Shown: piece after piece, positions 34,399 through 64,000 of the stretch
Position numbering within the stretch: position 1 is the stretch's first letter
How the letters are laid out: each line of letters starts with the position of its first letter
Assembly: GCA_002269645.1 (NCBI GenBank)
Contig: NIVC01001187.1
Location: forward strand, 1-64,000
DNA from: Macrostomum lignano
Taxonomy: Eukaryota
Reading direction: 5' to 3'
DNA length: 64,000 bases
Made by a program: the position numbers and the translations under genes
The notes under the pieces: model-generated
What the model saw: the letters and a program-made list of their open reading frames with translations, nothing else
Database searches by the model: none
Told to the model about the DNA's origin: nothing

Positions 34399-37098
34399 TC
34401 GGGCCGCCAGCTGGACAAGCGCAAGCGGAAGGCCGCCTACCGCCGGCAGGCCGCTCTGGCCGCCAAGAGGCCGCGGGGCGGCCGCCAGCAGCTGCTGACC
34501 GCTGGCTGGCGCGGCCTGCTGGTCACCTGCAACAAGCGGGAGCGCGAGTGCGTCGGCGAGGCCCTCGACCTGCTGGACACTTTCCTGCCTGACGATCCAG
34601 CTGAAGACAACGAAGGCGCCGAGGAAGATGCTGATGATGGCGACAACGCTGAGGATGACATCCAGCGGTGCCTGGAGCGGGAGCGGGCTCGCGGCGGCGG
34701 GCTGGGCCTCCGGGCGGCCGCTGCGCAGCCGTGCGAGCACCTGCCGACTAAGGCGAGTGTTGACGCCGAGTGAGACTCACTGCTGGCGCTGAGGCAATTC
34801 TGCCTCCTGCCGCGGACTTTCTAATAGTCAACGCCGAGCCTAGAAATCTGGAGTCAGCGGACTTGGGCATGACTGGTCTTCCCCTCCCTGCCTCTGGTCA
34901 GCTTGTGGCAGTGCACACAGCCCCACCCCCCCCCCTGCGAACCGTCCCAGGCCGCGACCTTCCACCCCTAACTCCCACCGCCTGCTCATGATAGTTTTCG
35001 ATACATATCGCTGACCTCACGCCGCCGGCTAATTCGCGCAGGTGCCGAACTGCGTATTCGTCGGCGTCTCGCTGCCGGACTCGCGCCTGCCGTGGCTCTT
35101 CGATGTCACCGACGCTGTCTTTGAAGCGGCTGTGGCGGCGGCCGCCCGAGGCGACGGCAGTCGCGGCGTCGGCGGCCGCCATATCCTGCGGCTGCTGCCG
35201 GTGGAGGCCACCTGCGCCTCCGGCCTGCAGGACATCGGCGAGGCCTTCGAGTCGCTGTGGACCGCCTTCGTGGCTGCTGATCGAGTCACAGGTAAGCTGG
35301 CCCGCTTTTTTTGGTAGTCACGAGCACGAGATTTCCCCCAGGAACTTCTCCCACCCAGATTCTCCTACTGAGATTCTCCCACCGAGATTCATCCACAGAG
35401 ATTTTCCCACAGAGATTCATCCACAGAGAGTCTCACACCGAGATTTCCCCATCAAGATTCTCCCCAGAGATCCTCCCACTGAGATTCTCCCACAGAGATT
35501 CTCACACCGAGATTCTCCCACCGAGATTCTCACACCGAGATTCTCCCACCGAGATTCTCACACCGAGATTCTCCCACCGAGATTCTCACACCGGGATTCT
35601 CACACCGAGATTCTCCCACCGAGATTCTCACACCGAGATTCTCACACCGAGATTCTCACACCGAGATTTTCCCACCGAGATTCTCCACAGAGATCCTCCC
35701 ACTGAGATTCTCCCACAGATTCTCACACCGAGATTCTCCCACAGAGATTCTCGAACCGAGATTCTCCCACAGAGATTCTCACACCGAGATTCTCCCACAG
35801 AGATTCTCGAACCGAGATTCTCCCACAGAGATTCTTACACCGAGATTCTCCCACCGAGATTCTCACACCGAGATTCTCCCACAGAGATTCTCACACCGAG
35901 ATTTTCCTACAGATTCTCCCACAGAGATTCTCACACCGAGATTGTCCCACAGAGATTCTCACACCGAGATTCTCACACCGAGATTTTCCCACCGAGATTC
36001 TCCACAGAGATCCTCCCACTGAGATTCTCCCACAGATTCTCACACTGAGATTCTCCCACAGATTCTCACACCGAGATTCTCACACCGAGATTCTCCCACA
36101 GAGATTCTCACACCGAGATTCTCCCACCGAGATTCTCACACCGAGATTCTCCCACAGAGATTCTTACAACGAGATTCTCCACAGAGATCCTCCCACTGAG
36201 ATTCTCCCACAGAGATTCTCACACCGAGATTGTCCACAAAGATCCTCCCACTGAGATTCCCCCACCAAGATTCTCTCCAGAGATCCTCCCACTGAGATTC
36301 TCCCACCAGATTCTCCCACTGAGATTCTCCCACAGAGATTCTCACACCGAGATTGTCCTAAAGAGATTATCCCACAGAGATTCTCCCACCAAGATTCTCC
36401 CCAGAGATCCTCCCACTGAGATTCTCCCACGAGATTCTCCCATCGCGATTCTCAAGAAAAACTAAAAAATGGGGGAAGTTCATGCGGGAGAATCTCAGAA
36501 GCTCGCGGTTGACAGCATCCAAATATTGGTTACGCACGTTAAAGTACACATTGTCCTCTGTATCCACGCAGCCGAATAAGATGCGCCTCCGCCCACCCTC
36601 TGGCCAACAGCCGCTAAGCCGACTTTCACGGTACACTTCAAGGCGCGCAACTTCGACAAGCTGGAGCGTCAGGATGTCATCAACCGGGTCTTCACCGCTG
36701 TGAAATCTGTCAGTCCCGACTGGTCAGTTGACCACGACCGCGCCAGCGTTGTCATCGATGTCAACGTGCTGCAGCGGGTCACGTGTCTCAGCCTGCTGCG
36801 CAACTTTCGCCGCTACCGCAAGTACAACCTCAGCGAGGTGGTCGCGCATTCCGCGGGCACGGAGGCTGCGACGACTGATGCGGCGGAGTCTGGGAAGACT
36901 GATGCAGCGGAGGCTGGCAAGACTGATGCGGCGGAGTCTGGGAAGACTGATGCGGCGGAGGCTGGCAAGACTGATGCGGCGGAGTCTGGGAAGACTGATG
37001 CGGCGGAGTCTGGGAAGACTGATGCGGCGGAGGCTGGGAAGACTGATGCGGCGGAGGCTGGGAAGACTGATGCGGCGGAGTCTGGGACGACTCCTTGA
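34399..37098 (+). CDS. THUMPD1: THUMP domain-containing protein 1 (Tan1 homolog), 363 genomically encoded aa with no initiator ATG; exons 34399-34752, 35042-35291, 36611-37098
   Basis: KRKRKAAY...GWRGLLVTCNKRERECVGEALDLL, acidic linker, NCVFV, RHILRLLPVEATC, TFTVHFKARN, CLSLLRNFRRYRKYNLSEVV match the THUMPD1 family. Intron 1 needs a GC donor (AAG|GCGAGT). An in-frame TAG lies 45-50 nt upstream of the first acceptor with no ATG in between. Confidence 0.88.
35330..36450. repeat. Intronic 14-16-bp minisatellite (gagattctc[a/c]cac[c/aga])n
   Basis: Fills THUMPD1 intron 2. Confidence 0.95.
36872..37090 (+). repeat. Coding 24-bp repeat encoding (TDAAE[S/A]GK) x 9 at the THUMPD1 C-terminus
   Basis: In frame within the last exon, ahead of the TGA at 37096-37098. 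Confidence 0.85.
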
Positions 37099-37394
37099 AC
37101 TGCTGCATCCTACTTAATATTGCCTGGTTGAGTTGTAATACCATTATGTATCTGAAAATGAAAAAATACATTTGTGTCTATGAACTGCATTTTTTGTCTG
37201 CTCTACAAAAGAAACTGTATCTCTTTGCTTTTTCAGCTTGTGTTTTTCCTGATTTACATGAAAATCTCCTAAACTTCATATGGCAGTTTAATAGGAAAGG
37301 GCTTTAAGAGTAAACTTCTTGCTGCCGGGAGAGAAGCCAAGTTAATGAAAGCTTCTCGAATTTGATTTGATGCAGCGGAAACTGCTGAAATTTG

Positions 37395-37655
37395 TTGGAA
37401 GTTAGTGGAAACTGCCAGAATCTGTTTAAAGACAGCGGAAACTGCCAGAATCTACTGAGGGACAATGGAAACTGCCAGAATCCAATGAGAGAAGGTGGAA
37501 ACTGCCAGAATCCAATGAGAGATGGTGGAAACTGCCAGAATCCAATGAGAGATGGTGGAAACTGCCAGAATCCAATGAGAGATGGTGGAAACTGCCAGAA
37601 TCCAATGAGAGATGGTGGAAACTGCCAGAATCCAATGAGAGATGGTGGAAACTGA
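37395..37655. repeat. 30-bp minisatellite (ggaaactgccagaatccaatgagagatggt)n
   Basis: About 8 copies downstream of THUMPD1, degenerate at the 5-prime end. Confidence 0.9.
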
Positions 37656-38306
37656 AGATCTAGCTATGAAGGTGAAAACTTGCCTGGACTAAAATTTAAT
37701 TTTTTCTGTGACGCAAATTCCCAAGGTCGGATTAGGGACACTAATCTTCAACAGTTGAAGAATCAAAATTGTTGCTGATGGCAGCGAATGTCCCAGTAAC
37801 CCACTCGAGCCCGGCAGAGCTGATTAATGCTGGATTTTCAGCTCCGGATTGCGGAAGCAAGCGGGTTCGACTTTGACCACTCGAAAAGAATATTCTGGTT
37901 GTCCAGCTGAGCACCCACTTCAGATTTTGCTCCCAGTGTTGCAAGCTTTCTGCTGTAATCTGCTTCAAGTTGTTGCTTCAAGAAACTTGCCTGTCAGCAG
38001 TTTTCACATTTTAATTCTGCTCCTAAATTTGATCCGATCGGTAAAGTTTTCGAAACGAGAAAGTTTTTTCTCTTTGAAGTGCTTGTGACAGCAGCTGGTG
38101 GCATCTGGCGCCGACGCCCCCGCGCCCCCGCGCCAGGCTATTTAGCTGCCAGAGGGCCGCCCAGCCCGAGCTTCTGCAGTCCGACTTGGCTCAGCAACTC
38201 CCGCAAGCCAATCGAAGCTTTGATTCAAACCAGCAAATTCCCATAGCGAGATCTCGCCTTGCTACTTAACTCCAAAACAGCATCGAACTGTCAGCTGCGC
38301 TTCCTC

Positions 38307-50920
<12,614 letters not shown>

Positions 50921-51298
50921 NNNNNNNNNNNNNNNNNNNNNNNNNNNNNNNNNNNNNNNNNNNNNNNNNNNNNNNNNNNNNNNNNNNNNNNNNNNNNNNN
51001 NNNNNNNNNNNNNNNNNNNNNNNNNNNNNNNNNNNNNNNNNNNNNNNNNNNNNNNNNNNNNNNNNNNNNNNNNNNNNNNNNNNNNNNNNNNNNNNNNNNN
51101 NNNNNNNNNNNNNNNNNNNNNNNNNNNNNNNNNNNNNNNNNNNNNNNNNNNNNNNNNNNNNNNNNNNNNNNNNNNNNNNNNNNNNNNNNNNNNNNNNNNN
51201 NNNNNNNNNNNNNNNNNNNNNNNNNNNNNNNNNNNNNNNNNNNNNNNNNNNNNNNNNNNNNNNNNNNNNNNNNNNNNNNNNNNNNNNNNNNNNNNNNN
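50921..51298. other. Assembly gap (378 N) at the centre of the inverted duplication
   Basis: Run of N. Confidence 1.

Positions 51299-64000
<12,702 letters not shown>

Overview
Eukaryotic (metazoan) genomic DNA with spliceosomal introns. GC3-rich exons, minisatellite-packed introns and an ATG-less gene suggest a flatworm such as Macrostomum (inference, not tested). From left to right it contains: an intronless secreted Gly/Ser/His/Trp repeat protein (KEWSSHGSSSGGGG x ~30, ending in CxxC); a GPI-anchored Ly6/three-finger gene; VWA3A-like (6 exons); CCDC93 (minus strand, 4 exons); a ~9 kb AT-rich, CpG-poor spacer carrying mariner, hAT and Harbinger-like non-autonomous elements and many TAGGCCTA palindromes; CACYBP; THUMPD1; and a large SCO-spondin/mucin-like secreted gene (EMI/EGF/TB-like, 3x VWD-C8-TIL, 5x LDLa, then tandem 219-aa discoidin-like + Pro/Thr units). 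That gene is present twice in inverted orientation around a 378-N gap, probably two haplotypes or homeologs mis-scaffolded together. The most notable observations are: (1) THUMPD1 has no in-frame ATG, and its ORF starts exactly at a splice acceptor in frame for an AUG donated by a trans-spliced leader, possibly as the downstream gene of a CACYBP-THUMPD1 operon; (2) the novel secreted repeat protein; (3) the discoidin-repeat mucin; (4) most long introns carry their own distinct minisatellite. All exon structures were deduced by hand from GT/GC-AG sites and frame continuity. No database searches were run.
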